The notes beneath the pieces are model-generated. The model saw only the letters and a list, made by a program, of their open reading frames with translations. It did not search any database and was not told where the DNA came from. This document shows positions 7,511-17,570 of a stretch of DNA of 52,466 nt, one piece after another. Every line of letters begins with the position of its first letter. The first letter of the stretch is position 1. Made by a program: the position numbers and the translations under genes. The stretch is from positions 1 through 52,466 of IMG/VR virus record IMGVR_UViG_3300037042_001548; one strand, 5' to 3'. The stretch is from a virus (taxonomy: Duplodnaviria; Caudoviricetes).

Positions 7511-10500
7511 TGACCTCAAAAGTCTTTGCCCTTGACACTAAGCCCGGTATTCAGCGGGATGGTACCGTGTTTGACAAAGACTTTTACGTTGATGGCCGCT
7601 GGGTGCGCTTTCAGCGTGGCCGGCCTCGTAAAATTGGTGGGTATCGCGAAATACTGGCAACATTGGCTGGGCCTTCTCGCGGGATGTACTTAGACCCGCA
7701 ATCAACGTTTACAAATGTCTATAGCGGGTACGCTTACGGTTTGCAACTAGTACCTATTAACAACGATGGCATTGGTACAGGGCTGCTCGACCTTACACTG
7801 TCAAACTTTACGCTTAATGACCGCAATATGTGGCAGTTTGATGCTTTGCGGGACTCAGGCGGTGGTGGCAACGACACATTGGTTGCGCACCCTGGGCAAA
7901 ACTTAACCGACATTGACAACCGCGTTAATACGCCTGTTCTTGCAGGCGCAATTGGCGGCACTACCATGTCGCAAGTAGGCGTATTTCAAACTGCAAATTC
8001 ATATCTGAATAACACAACAGCTGTTACGCTTAGTTCGCTAAATGACTTGATTGGCGCTGGACAAACTGTTACAGGCACAGGCATTTCTCCAAATACTGAA
8101 GTAGTGTCAACTGCAATTGCTACTGACATTTTAGCGTCCGTTGCAGTTACAGGCACGGCAGGCACGTTTTCTTGCACGTCAACGTCAGGGCTGTTTGTTG
8201 GGCAAACCGTGCAAGTAGCTGGCGCGCTAGGCAACATCACGCTGTCGGCGGTTACTGTTACCGGCACAGCGGGTACGTTTTCTTGCACTGCAACCACCGG
8301 ACTATACGTAGGCCAGGCAGTTAATGTAACAGGCACAACGGATACGCAAACGCTTGCTAGTGTTGCAATTACAAGCGGCGCAGGCGAGTTTTCGTGCACT
8401 GCAACAACTGGGCTTGCAGTTGATCAGGCTGTGCTTGTTACTGGGATTGTAAGCACGCAGACGCTTGCGTCGGTTGCAATTACAAGCAATGAAGGCGCGT
8501 TTTCGTGCACTGCAACAACGGGTTTGTATGTAGGTATGCCTATGCGTGTTTCTGGCACGCAAACAGCTGCAACATTGGCAGGCGTAGCCGTTACCGGTAC
8601 AGCAGGGGAATGTTCTTGTACTGCAACCAATGGTCTATACATCGGCCAGCCGGTTGTGGTAACCGGCACGCTTACGGGCACTGCAACGGGCGTTGCAGGT
8701 AACCAAGTCTACTACATCATTGCGACGGATGGCACCTCAACGTTTACGCTGTCTTTGGCGCCTGGCGGTACTGCAATTGTTACCACTGCAGGCACAACAA
8801 CTGGGTTGACGTTCAAAGCTACGCTGTTTAGCGGCATTGCGTCAAACGCCACGTATTACGTCATTGCCACCAACGGCACCTCAACCTTTACGTTGTCTGC
8901 GTCGCAAAATGGCCCAGCCATTACAACGGTAATTGTAGGCATCACAGGCTTGACGTTTACCGGGCAAGCATCCACAGGGATTACGCCTGGATTGACCTAC
9001 TACATTGCTGCAACCAACGGCACGTCCACATTTAGTCTATCTACAACCCGTGGCGGCACGGCCATCAGCGGCACGTACGGCTCAACAACCGGTTTAACGT
9101 TTAAGACCTACCCTTATGCAGGCGTAGTGACTGGCACAACGTACTACATCATTGCCACCAATGGCACCTCAACATTTACGCTGTCTGCCACTAGCGGCGG
9201 TGCAGCAATTACTACGGTGGTGACCTCGGTTGCAGGCTTAGTCTTTACCGCGCCAAAAAGCATTGGGCTAACCTCAGGCACAACGTACTACATCATAGCG
9301 ACAAACTACTCAACTACGTTTACGCTTTCAGCAACAGCAAGTGGATCTGCTGTTACCACTGTTGTAACGCCGACAACGGGGTTTGTCTTTACGCTAGGCC
9401 CATATCAGAAAGTCATACTTAACAACAGCGCAACAGCTTCAGGCGCGTCAGTTTTGACCTTCAACAACAACATTGCAGTTTCTGGCGGCGTGGTGTCGTT
9501 GCACCCTTATCTGTTTGTCTACGGCAACAACGGGTTGATTAAGAATTGCTCTGCCGGTGATTTGCAAAATTGGGTTGCTGCGGATGCCAATGAGACCAAC
9601 GCGGCATCGACCAAGATTGTTCAAGGCCTACCAGTTAGGGGCGGCTCAAACGCGCCGTCTGGGCTTTTTTGGAGCCTTGATAGCGTAATACGTGTCAGCT
9701 ATGCACCAACCACGGTAGGGGCCTCTCAAATCTATTGGAGGTATGACATCATTAGTAGTCAGTCATCCATTCTCTCAAGTCAATCTGTGATTGAGTACGA
9801 TGGCGTTTACTACTGGTGTGGCGTGGATCGCTTTTTGATGTACAACGGCGTCGTCAAAGAGATCCCCAATAACATGAATCAAAACTACTTTTTTGACAAC
9901 TTGAACTACGCGCAGCGTCAAAAAGTCTATGCAACCAAAGTGCCTCGTTTTGGCGAGATTTGGTGGTTCTACCCAGAAGGCGACGCAACGGAGTGCACAA
10001 ACGCAGTCATTTACAACGTGCGTGAAAATTGCTGGTATGATGCCGGTAACGCCCCTGGCGCACGCCGGTCAGCAGGCTACTTTTCGCAGGTGTTTCATTA
10101 TCCTGTCAACGCGGACTGGACGCCTAACGTTGCTGGGATGCTAAAGACGTTGACCATTGCAAACGCCGGTAGTGGCTACACCAATGGCACATACACAAAC
10201 GTTACGCTAACCGGGGGCAGTGGCTTGTACGGAACTGCCAACATTACGGTGTCAGGCGGCGCAGTAACCGCTGTTGCCATCAACAATGCGGGCGTAAACT
10301 ATGTAGCTGGTGACATCTTAGGCGCGCCATCTTTGCCGGCAGGCGCTGGTTTTAGTTTGACAGCTACGCACGTTGTGTCTAAGGTGTCGCTGTACCAGCA
10401 TGAAGTCGGCGTTGATGAGCTTAAATCAGGCAACACTTTTGCAATTGAGTCTTATTTTGAGACCAACGACCTAGGGCTTGTTTCAGGCGGGCCTTCGCAA

Positions 10501-10782
10501 CCTAGCGCGGTTGGCGAAAACGTATGGCTGCGGTTGGAGCGTGTTGAGCCTGACTTCATCCTGTCAGGGGAAATGTCTTTGTTTGTTGTAGGTAGACCCT
10601 ATGCACAAGAAGACGATTACACCTCGCAAGCCTATACGTTTGATGCAAATACAGGTAAAATCGACATGAAAGAGCAGCGGCGTGAGCTGCGTCTTCGTTT
10701 TGTCTCCAACACCCAAGCCGGTGACTACCAAGTAGGCAAGGTGCTACTGAATGCGGATGCCGGCGATGTAAGGGGTTACTGA
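7510..10782 (+). CDS. tail nozzle / tail tubular protein B-like, with large repeat insertions
   Basis: 1090 aa. N-terminal PGIQRDGT..WVRFQRGRPRKIGG and C-terminal FGEIWWFYP...VIYN...WY beta-propeller-type motifs, interrupted by repeat blocks. Confidence 0.75.
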   Translation: MTSKVFALDTKPGIQRDGTVFDKDFYVDGRWVRFQRGRPRKIGGYREILATLAGPSRGMYLDPQSTFTNVYSGYAYGLQLVPINNDGIGTGLLDLTLSNFTLNDRNMWQFDALRDSGGGGNDTLVAHPGQNLTDIDNRVNTPVLAGAIGGTTMSQVGVFQTANSYLNNTTAVTLSSLNDLIGAGQTVTGTGISPNTEVVSTAIATDILASVAVTGTAGTFSCTSTSGLFVGQTVQVAGALGNITLSAVTVTGTAGTFSCTATTGLYVGQAVNVTGTTDTQTLASVAITSGAGEFSCTATTGLAVDQAVLVTGIVSTQTLASVAITSNEGAFSCTATTGLYVGMPMRVSGTQTAATLAGVAVTGTAGECSCTATNGLYIGQPVVVTGTLTGTATGVAGNQVYYIIATDGTSTFTLSLAPGGTAIVTTAGTTTGLTFKATLFSGIASNATYYVIATNGTSTFTLSASQNGPAITTVIVGITGLTFTGQASTGITPGLTYYIAATNGTSTFSLSTTRGGTAISGTYGSTTGLTFKTYPYAGVVTGTTYYIIATNGTSTFTLSATSGGAAITTVVTSVAGLVFTAPKSIGLTSGTTYYIIATNYSTTFTLSATASGSAVTTVVTPTTGFVFTLGPYQKVILNNSATASGASVLTFNNNIAVSGGVVSLHPYLFVYGNNGLIKNCSAGDLQNWVAADANETNAASTKIVQGLPVRGGSNAPSGLFWSLDSVIRVSYAPTTVGASQIYWRYDIISSQSSILSSQSVIEYDGVYYWCGVDRFLMYNGVVKEIPNNMNQNYFFDNLNYAQRQKVYATKVPRFGEIWWFYPEGDATECTNAVIYNVRENCWYDAGNAPGARRSAGYFSQVFHYPVNADWTPNVAGMLKTLTIANAGSGYTNGTYTNVTLTGGSGLYGTANITVSGGAVTAVAINNAGVNYVAGDILGAPSLPAGAGFSLTATHVVSKVSLYQHEVGVDELKSGNTFAIESYFETNDLGLVSGGPSQPSAVGENVWLRLERVEPDFILSGEMSLFVVGRPYAQEDDYTSQAYTFDANTGKIDMKEQRRELRLRFVSNTQAGDYQVGKVLLNADAGDVRGY
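8128..9390 (+). repeat. coding repeat block: 5 x 111 bp (37 aa) followed by 5 x 144 bp (48 aa)
   Basis: A units begin at 8128, 8239, 8350, 8461, 8572. The B-unit YY motif is at 8710, 8854, 8998, 9142, 9286. Confidence 0.95.
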
Positions 10783-11039
10783 TGTCTGGTCCTGCGCTGA
10801 TCTACGACCCACGAGGTCACACCTTTGAGTCGTGGGCCGCGTTGATGGTTGAGCTGTACGCAGCGCAGCAGCTGGAAGTACCTACGCAGTTGACTGACTG
10901 GCAGTTATGGGGTGAAGGCCTTAAGGCTATTGACGTCTTTACCAACGAGGCCATCCCAGGCACACGAAACTTTGCAAACTGGTTTGATTGGGCTGAGGCA
11001 CTGGTCAATGCGGTAAACCCTGCAACGCAAACAACATGA
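10782..11039 (+). CDS. hypothetical virion-associated protein
   Basis: 85 aa Trp-rich; translationally coupled on both sides. Confidence 0.75.
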   Translation: MSGPALIYDPRGHTFESWAALMVELYAAQQLEVPTQLTDWQLWGEGLKAIDVFTNEAIPGTRNFANWFDWAEALVNAVNPATQTT

Positions 11040-11452
11040 GCACAAATTACGACGTTGATCAAGAAGCAGTGTTGAAGATAGTCACTGACTTTTTCCGCAA
11101 GTCAACAAAAACTGAAGAGGAGGCCCAAGGCCTGCTCAATGGTTTGGCTCGCGTGATTCAAGATGAAGGGGCGAAACTGGTTCATCTCGGGAGCGTGCTT
11201 TTTCTGGTCTTGGTTCGCGGCCAGGGCGTGGTGGAGGTTCACACCATTGGTGAAGAGAAGCGCCCAAGGGACTTGGCAAAAGACTTTCTTGACCTTTCAA
11301 GATACTTGAAAAACATTGGCGTCACAACAGCCTACACCTACTCGGAGGACGAAAAGTTTAAGAAGCTCGCAAAGATGGTTGACCTTCCGGTGCAAGAGTA
11401 CAAAGCCGAAGTGGAAGGCAAAAAACTCAACGTATACGTTGTGGAGTTGTAA
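11036..11452 (+). CDS. hypothetical protein (possible GNAT-like fold, at the position of T7 gp13)
   Basis: 138 aa between the tail and ejection genes; fold guess is from secondary-structure pattern only. Confidence 0.6.
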   Translation: MSTNYDVDQEAVLKIVTDFFRKSTKTEEEAQGLLNGLARVIQDEGAKLVHLGSVLFLVLVRGQGVVEVHTIGEEKRPRDLAKDFLDLSRYLKNIGVTTAYTYSEDEKFKKLAKMVDLPVQEYKAEVEGKKLNVYVVEL

Positions 11453-14400
11453 ATGCCAGCAGTACCATTTATTGCTATTGCCCTGGGGGCTTCTGGAGCG
11501 CTCGCTGTTGGAGGCGCCGCCCTTGCAACGGCTATTGGCATTGGGACTGTTTCTACTGCCGCAGCCACTGCCATTGGCGCTGCAGCTTTTTCGGGCCTTG
11601 CCACGGCTGTGCAGGGCGGTAGCGCAAGTCAAGTTCTCAAATCAGCAGTTCTTGGCGGGGTTACGTCTTACGCCGGTTCCGCCATTGCTGGGTCAGTTGC
11701 AAACTCTGTTGCAAGTTCGGCTACTGGGGTCAGTACTGGCGTTGCGCAAGCAATGGGAAGGGTCGCTGGGTCTGCCGTTGCTGGTGCAATTACATCGGGG
11801 ACTTCCGCCCTTCTGACAGGCAAGGGGGATCCGATTGAGGCGCTTTTGAAAGGCGGCATCACAGCCGCTTTGAGCGCAGGGGTCGGAGAAGGCGTTGGTG
11901 TGATTTTGAAAGATGTCCCGGTGCTCGGGAATCCGATGAACAGTACTGAGGCCGCTATTTCTCGTGCCACACGCGCTGCAATTGGCACAGCAATTGTTTC
12001 TGGAGGCGACACGGCTCAAATTGGCACTGCTGTTCTAAACTCTTTTGCGCGAACTGCAGGTTTGCTTGCAGGCCAGCAAATAAGGGACTCCAGCTCTCAA
12101 TTGTCTTCTGCAAACGAGCAGTTTAGGGCTTCTGAGCAGGCATATTCCAGCAATCTTGAATCTCAGAACAGCCTTGTAAATCAATACAACACTGCAATAC
12201 AGCCTTTGGTTGAGCAAAAAACTCAGCTTGATGGATTAATTAAATCATACGACGACTTTGCATATAGGTACAATAACTATGACTCTTATATGCAAAGTAA
12301 GGGGTATAAATACGATATAACTGGCTATGATTACGATGGTAATTACCATTATGGCTGGGTTAAGCCAGAATGGCAGCCTGAGCGTCGCATAGACCAACTT
12401 GATGAGTACAACAATTATAACTCGTACATTCAATCCGCTGGATATGTTAATGTTGCAGCGCCCAGAGAAGAATCAAAAGATTATTTTCTTGAAAAAGCAA
12501 GAGCAATTGACTCTCAAGCTACAGCTCTTGCAAATGACCTGAATACTAAAACCACAAATCTTCTTGGCGGCGAGGTAACCAAATACAGGACGGAGACTGT
12601 CACAAAGTATGCGGGAAGTAATGACTGGGAGGGGAATTGGATTGAAACGCCATATACAGAACAAGTTCAAGTCCCATACAAGGAAACTGTTACTGGGTCA
12701 TTGACGCCAATTAAAGATCAACTTGAGCAGTTAAAAGGCCAAACTGAATCCCTTGGCGAAAACCTTCTTTCTGCAAAAACAAATCTTGAGAAAGCAGTTG
12801 AAGATTTCAACATCACAGAAACAGCCAACGCTGCTGTGGTGGATCAGCAGCTTAAAAACTTTACCACTGCAAGCAATCAGTACAAAGCTGAATTTGGAGT
12901 TGACCCAACGCAAGAACAGTTAACGCAATTTGCGGCAACTGGGGATATTCTTGGTCATGTCAGCAAGCTGGTTGCAGACAACAACAACGAGCAGTTTGCA
13001 AAAGAGTCCGGCTTTAAGAACTACGCCGACTTCACTGCCGCTGGCAATGTCTCTCCCAATGATTTTTATGCCCAACAACAGGGATGGCCAAATTACGCTC
13101 AACAACTCAACGCCCAGAACAACGGCTACACCGATTTCGCCGCTTGGGACACTTACCTAAACAATCAGCAGACGGCTGTTGAAAACGGCTTCGTAAATTA
13201 CCAAGACTACCAAAGCGCCGGTAATCAGACATCGAACGACTTCTACGCCAAAAAAGAAGGCTGGACAGACTACGCTCAAAAACAGCAGGCGCAAGATTCT
13301 GGATTTCAAACGCCGACCACATGGACGGCCAAATTAAACCAAGACAAGGCAGAGTCAAGGGGCTTTAAAAACTTCGCCGACTACACAGCCGCTGGTGGTG
13401 ATGAAGGAGTCAAGGGACTTTTCGGTCGTCGCTACAATGTATCTGCTGAAGACTTTTATGCCAGACAAGAGGGTTGGCAAAACGCCGTCCAAAAAATAGA
13501 AGCTGAAAAGTCTGGATTTAATGACCCCACATCTTGGAATAACCAGCAAACTGCCAAAAATAGCGGCTTTCCTGATTACGCCACTTACCAGCAATATGCT
13601 GGCGACAAAGAGGCATACACGACGGCGCAAAATAACTCTGCTGCAGTAGCCGCAGGCTTCCCAGACTACGCAACACAACAATCTTTTGGGGGCGACGTTG
13701 AGGCGTATAGGAACGCACAAAACGAGATAATTGCGAAGAACGCTGAGTTTCCTGATTTTAATACTTTTAAGCAATTTAACGGGGATCTTGAGCTTTATCA
13801 AAACTTTACTCGTGATGAGAGCGCAAAAGCTGCAGGCTTTCCAGATTATGAGACTCAAGTCACATATGGTGGGGACAAGAACGCATACACGACGGCGCAA
13901 AATAACTCTGCTGCAATAGCTGCTGGCTTTCCTGATTACGCCACTTATCAGCAATATGATGGCGACAAAGAAGCGTACACGACAGCGCAGCTTGGCAATA
14001 ACCTTACGCTGCTAACACAGGAAGAGCTTGATAAGCTGGCGTACAAGCCGCCGCCAATGTTTACAGGCGAAGAGACTGCGTGGCTGTCGCCTGCAAATGA
14101 CGCTACACTGCGTGATGTGTCAACTAAAGATCCTCAGTTTTGGCCTAAATTTAATGATGTTGTAGAAAAAGAAATTGCGCTTGGGAACAAAGGTTACTTT
14201 CGTGACCTTGGAAATGGCAAGTACGCAAACATTGACAGAAATGGCGACCTAGTTTACGTTTGGCAAAAAGGCTCTAATGGAAATTGGACTACTCTTAATC
14301 TTACCAACGCAGAAAGAGAAGATTATGAGTCAAGGCTTGGCGCAGCTATAGCATCAGGCGCCGCTACGCAACGGCCTACTGGTGACGATACGCAGCAGCC

Positions 14401-16495
14401 TACTGATGGCGCAGGTACGCAGCAGCCTACTGATGGCGCAGGTACACAGCAGCCTATTGATGGCGGTATGCAGCAGCCTACTGATGGCGGTACGCAGCAG
14501 CCTACTGATGGCGGTACGCAGCAGCCGGGTCCCACAGAAGTAGCAGACTTTTTTGATAAGTTTGGTGCGCTGTTTAGCTTTGGTACACCCGACTTGACAG
14601 GCAAGCTATCTGTGTTTGGGCCAGGTAGTACTGGGCCTGACCGCGATGACTTTGCCATTTTGGCATTTGATAGTCCTGTTCAAAAACAAGATGCTATCAT
14701 TTGGGTTGATAACCTTGTTGACGTAGTTGAAAGCAACCCCAACGCCACACAAGCTGATAGAGACAAAGCTCAACAAATTCAAGAGCAAGTGCATAGCGCG
14801 CCAGTTGCAGGTGCAGGTCTACCTGTTGAGGGTGATAACACGCAAACTGGCGGCGCACTACCTATTGGCGGGGGCGATGCAGTTGCTGGTAGCGGCGGTG
14901 GTGGCGATACACTTACTGGCGGCGGTGGCTCACTAACTGGCGGTCTTTCTTATGATATAGATCCAGATTTTGGCAGTGAGCTAGCACTCCCTGACGGCGG
15001 TGGCGATACACTTACTGGCGGTGGTGGCTCACTAACTGGTGGTCTTTCTTATGATATAGACCCGGATTTTGGCAGCGAGTTGGCGCTACCTGGCGGTGGC
15101 GACGGCGCAATAACTGGCGGCGGCGGCTCGTTAATTGGTGAGGGCGGTCCCTCTTCCGATATAGACCCAAATTTTGGCGGCGGCGCACTTACTGGCGCTG
15201 GTGGCACGCCCCCTGGCGGAGGCGCATTGCCTGTTGACGGCAACGACACGCTTACGGGTGGTGCGCTTACTGGTGGCACTGGCGGAGGTGGTGCGCTTAC
15301 TGGTGGTACTGGTGGTACTGGTGGTACTGGTGGTACTACCATTGTTGATGGTACTGGTGGTACTGGTGGTACTACCATTGTTGATGGTACTGGTGGTACT
15401 GGTGGTACTGGTGGTACTGGTGGTACTGGTGGTACTGGTGGTACTGGTGGTACTGGTGGTACTGGTGGTACTGGTGGTACAACCGGTACTGGTGGTACAA
15501 CCGGTACTGGTGGTACTACCATTGTTGATGGTACTGGTGGTACTGGTGGTACTGGTGGTACTGGTGGTACAACCGGTACTGGTGGTACTACCGGTACTGG
15601 TGGTACTACCATTGTTGATGGCACTGGCGGTACTGGCGGTACTGGCGGTACTGGCGGTACTACCATTGTTGATGGTACTGGTGGTACAACCGATACTGGC
15701 GGTACAACCGATACTGGCGGTACAAACAATACTGGCGGCGGGCGCCCGGTTGTAGTTACCCCGACCCCTGACGTCCCACAGCCGCCAAGCCCTTTGAGAG
15801 TTGCAGCTGCCAGCTCAGCTGATACTACGCAAGGCGCGTTGCCTATTGCGCTCAACCCATCTCTATTACAGGCAGCGCCTGTTACTGAAGGAGCACCTTT
15901 AGCCATGCAAGAACTTCCACAGCTGTTTCCGCAGCTTACAAACATTGACCCACGCTTGATGCAGGTGCTTTCAGGTCGTAGCAATGCCAAACCTGGCTAC
16001 TACAACTATGGGCAACAGTCAAACGCGCAATCCCCGCTTTTAGGCGCCAGCATTTCCGGATTGCCAAGCGCAGGCATTCCCGTTCGTGCAACGTCAAACG
16101 CATACAGCCCTTTAAGCGCAGGCGCAATGAGCGGCAATTCTCGTGACCTTATGTCGGCGGGTATGAACATGCTTGGAGGTGGCGGCGGCGGGCTATCGGG
16201 TTACGCCGCTGGAGGTGGTGTTGAAGGGCATAACCCAAAGTTCATTACAGGCAAAACAGGGTATTATGTCCGTGGTGAAGGCGACGGCCAGTCCGACTCC
16301 ATCCCCGCGATGTTGGCCGATGGTGAGTATGTGTTCGACGCTGACACGGTTGCAGCATTAGGCAACGGCTCAAATGAGGCTGGGGCCCGCGTTTTGGATA
16401 AAATGCGTGAGAACCTTAGAAAACACAAGCGGTCCGCCAAGCATGGTGAAATTCCGCCTCCTGCCAAGTCGCCCTTGGCTTACATGAAAGGTTGA
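11453..16495 (+). CDS. large internal virion/ejection protein with low-complexity repeats
   Basis: 1680 aa: hydrophobic Ala/Gly N-terminus, coiled coil, GF(P/K)(D/N)Y repeats, GGT tracts, C-terminal YAAGG...GDGQSDSIPAMLADGEYVF module. Confidence 0.75.
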   Translation: MPAVPFIAIALGASGALAVGGAALATAIGIGTVSTAAATAIGAAAFSGLATAVQGGSASQVLKSAVLGGVTSYAGSAIAGSVANSVASSATGVSTGVAQAMGRVAGSAVAGAITSGTSALLTGKGDPIEALLKGGITAALSAGVGEGVGVILKDVPVLGNPMNSTEAAISRATRAAIGTAIVSGGDTAQIGTAVLNSFARTAGLLAGQQIRDSSSQLSSANEQFRASEQAYSSNLESQNSLVNQYNTAIQPLVEQKTQLDGLIKSYDDFAYRYNNYDSYMQSKGYKYDITGYDYDGNYHYGWVKPEWQPERRIDQLDEYNNYNSYIQSAGYVNVAAPREESKDYFLEKARAIDSQATALANDLNTKTTNLLGGEVTKYRTETVTKYAGSNDWEGNWIETPYTEQVQVPYKETVTGSLTPIKDQLEQLKGQTESLGENLLSAKTNLEKAVEDFNITETANAAVVDQQLKNFTTASNQYKAEFGVDPTQEQLTQFAATGDILGHVSKLVADNNNEQFAKESGFKNYADFTAAGNVSPNDFYAQQQGWPNYAQQLNAQNNGYTDFAAWDTYLNNQQTAVENGFVNYQDYQSAGNQTSNDFYAKKEGWTDYAQKQQAQDSGFQTPTTWTAKLNQDKAESRGFKNFADYTAAGGDEGVKGLFGRRYNVSAEDFYARQEGWQNAVQKIEAEKSGFNDPTSWNNQQTAKNSGFPDYATYQQYAGDKEAYTTAQNNSAAVAAGFPDYATQQSFGGDVEAYRNAQNEIIAKNAEFPDFNTFKQFNGDLELYQNFTRDESAKAAGFPDYETQVTYGGDKNAYTTAQNNSAAIAAGFPDYATYQQYDGDKEAYTTAQLGNNLTLLTQEELDKLAYKPPPMFTGEETAWLSPANDATLRDVSTKDPQFWPKFNDVVEKEIALGNKGYFRDLGNGKYANIDRNGDLVYVWQKGSNGNWTTLNLTNAEREDYESRLGAAIASGAATQRPTGDDTQQPTDGAGTQQPTDGAGTQQPIDGGMQQPTDGGTQQPTDGGTQQPGPTEVADFFDKFGALFSFGTPDLTGKLSVFGPGSTGPDRDDFAILAFDSPVQKQDAIIWVDNLVDVVESNPNATQADRDKAQQIQEQVHSAPVAGAGLPVEGDNTQTGGALPIGGGDAVAGSGGGGDTLTGGGGSLTGGLSYDIDPDFGSELALPDGGGDTLTGGGGSLTGGLSYDIDPDFGSELALPGGGDGAITGGGGSLIGEGGPSSDIDPNFGGGALTGAGGTPPGGGALPVDGNDTLTGGALTGGTGGGGALTGGTGGTGGTGGTTIVDGTGGTGGTTIVDGTGGTGGTGGTGGTGGTGGTGGTGGTGGTGGTTGTGGTTGTGGTTIVDGTGGTGGTGGTGGTTGTGGTTGTGGTTIVDGTGGTGGTGGTGGTTIVDGTGGTTDTGGTTDTGGTNNTGGGRPVVVTPTPDVPQPPSPLRVAAASSADTTQGALPIALNPSLLQAAPVTEGAPLAMQELPQLFPQLTNIDPRLMQVLSGRSNAKPGYYNYGQQSNAQSPLLGASISGLPSAGIPVRATSNAYSPLSAGAMSGNSRDLMSAGMNMLGGGGGGLSGYAAGGGVEGHNPKFITGKTGYYVRGEGDGQSDSIPAMLADGEYVFDADTVAALGNGSNEAGARVLDKMRENLRKHKRSAKHGEIPPPAKSPLAYMKG
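14366..15735 (+). repeat. coding tandem repeats (24/27-bp TQQPTDG units, 2 x 99-bp unit, 9-bp GGTGGTACT tract)
   Basis: Directly visible at 14366-14527, 14900-15097 (period 99) and 15299-15735; all unit lengths are multiples of 3. Confidence 0.95.
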
Positions 16496-16497
16496 TC

Positions 16498-17556
16498 ATG
16501 TCATTGACGCAAGGCAGCGCACTGCCTAACATTACAACTACGCAAGGGCAGACCACAACCGCCCCTAGTTGGTACACTGACTACCTTAGCAATTTGTCTG
16601 GGCAGTCAACGGCGGCTGCAGGCAACGCGCAGTTTGTTGGCGCAACGCCTCTGCAGCAGCAGGCGTTCCAGCAAGTCGGTCAAAACGTAGGGTCATATCA
16701 ACCTACATTGACTGCTGCAACCAATATGGTTACAGGCGCAGGAACCACAACGGCGCCGGATGTAGTTGCCAACTACATGAACCCGTACACCTCGCAGGTT
16801 GTCAATCAAATTGGCGCCTTGGGGCAGCGTGGCATTCAGCAAAACTTGGCGCCAAGCGCAACAGCAGGCGCTGTAGGCTCGGGGCAGTTTGGCTCCAAGC
16901 GTGGCGCCGAGGTGCTAGGTCAAACCATTCGTGATGCAAACCAAAACATACTTGGGCAGCAAGGTCAAGCGCTTAATGCGGGCTATCAAAACGCAATGGC
17001 AGCTGCGCAAGGCGACTTAAATCGCCAACTAGGTGCAGGTCAGCAACTAGGCGCCTTGGCACAACAAACGCAAACACAAAATCTTGCCGACATCAACGCG
17101 TTGTCTACGCTTGGTGCGCAGCAACAGCAAATTGACCAAGCTCGGGAGCTGTTCCCATTGCAAGCACTTGGAATGTCGGCGCAAAACCTGCGCGGCTACA
17201 GCATTCCAACCAGTGTGTCCTCGACTTACACAGGCCCAATTCCTGGCGCGTACGCAGCGTCGCCGCTGCAACAAATTGCAGGCCTTGGTGCAATCCTTGG
17301 GGGTATAAGCGGCACGCCATTTGGCACCTCACTTGGTAATACCATTGGCAGCTTCTTTAGCGGCTTAGGCTCAGCAGCCGGATCAGCAGGTGGTGGTGGT
17401 GGTTCCGCAGGTGACAGCGGCGGTGGCGGTGGGTCAGTTGTAACAAGCCCTGATAACTGGGGCGAGTCTGAGTGGAGTAACTGGTGGAACAATACGCTAA
17501 CGGCAGGGCAACGCAACTACTTGACAGGCGTTGACGCTTTTGACGATGAAGGCTAA
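16498..17556 (+). CDS. internal virion/DNA-transfer (ejection) protein
   Basis: Gln/Gly/Ala-rich; YMNPYTSQVV and GQFGSKR motifs as in podovirus DNA-transfer proteins. Confidence 0.7.
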   Translation: MSLTQGSALPNITTTQGQTTTAPSWYTDYLSNLSGQSTAAAGNAQFVGATPLQQQAFQQVGQNVGSYQPTLTAATNMVTGAGTTTAPDVVANYMNPYTSQVVNQIGALGQRGIQQNLAPSATAGAVGSGQFGSKRGAEVLGQTIRDANQNILGQQGQALNAGYQNAMAAAQGDLNRQLGAGQQLGALAQQTQTQNLADINALSTLGAQQQQIDQARELFPLQALGMSAQNLRGYSIPTSVSSTYTGPIPGAYAASPLQQIAGLGAILGGISGTPFGTSLGNTIGSFFSGLGSAAGSAGGGGGSAGDSGGGGGSVVTSPDNWGESEWSNWWNNTLTAGQRNYLTGVDAFDDEG

Positions 17557-17570
17557 AGGACAACAGCACC

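Noticed and set aside
14366-15735. Possible CRISPR array or non-coding repeat
   Set aside because: Units are contiguous, in frame, lack unique spacers and lie within a long ORF; no cas operon.
15049-15990. 313-aa Pro/Val-rich minus-strand ORF and 193-aa Val/Leu ORF (15174-15755)
   Set aside because: Shadows of the GGT repeat, which has no stop codons in those frames.
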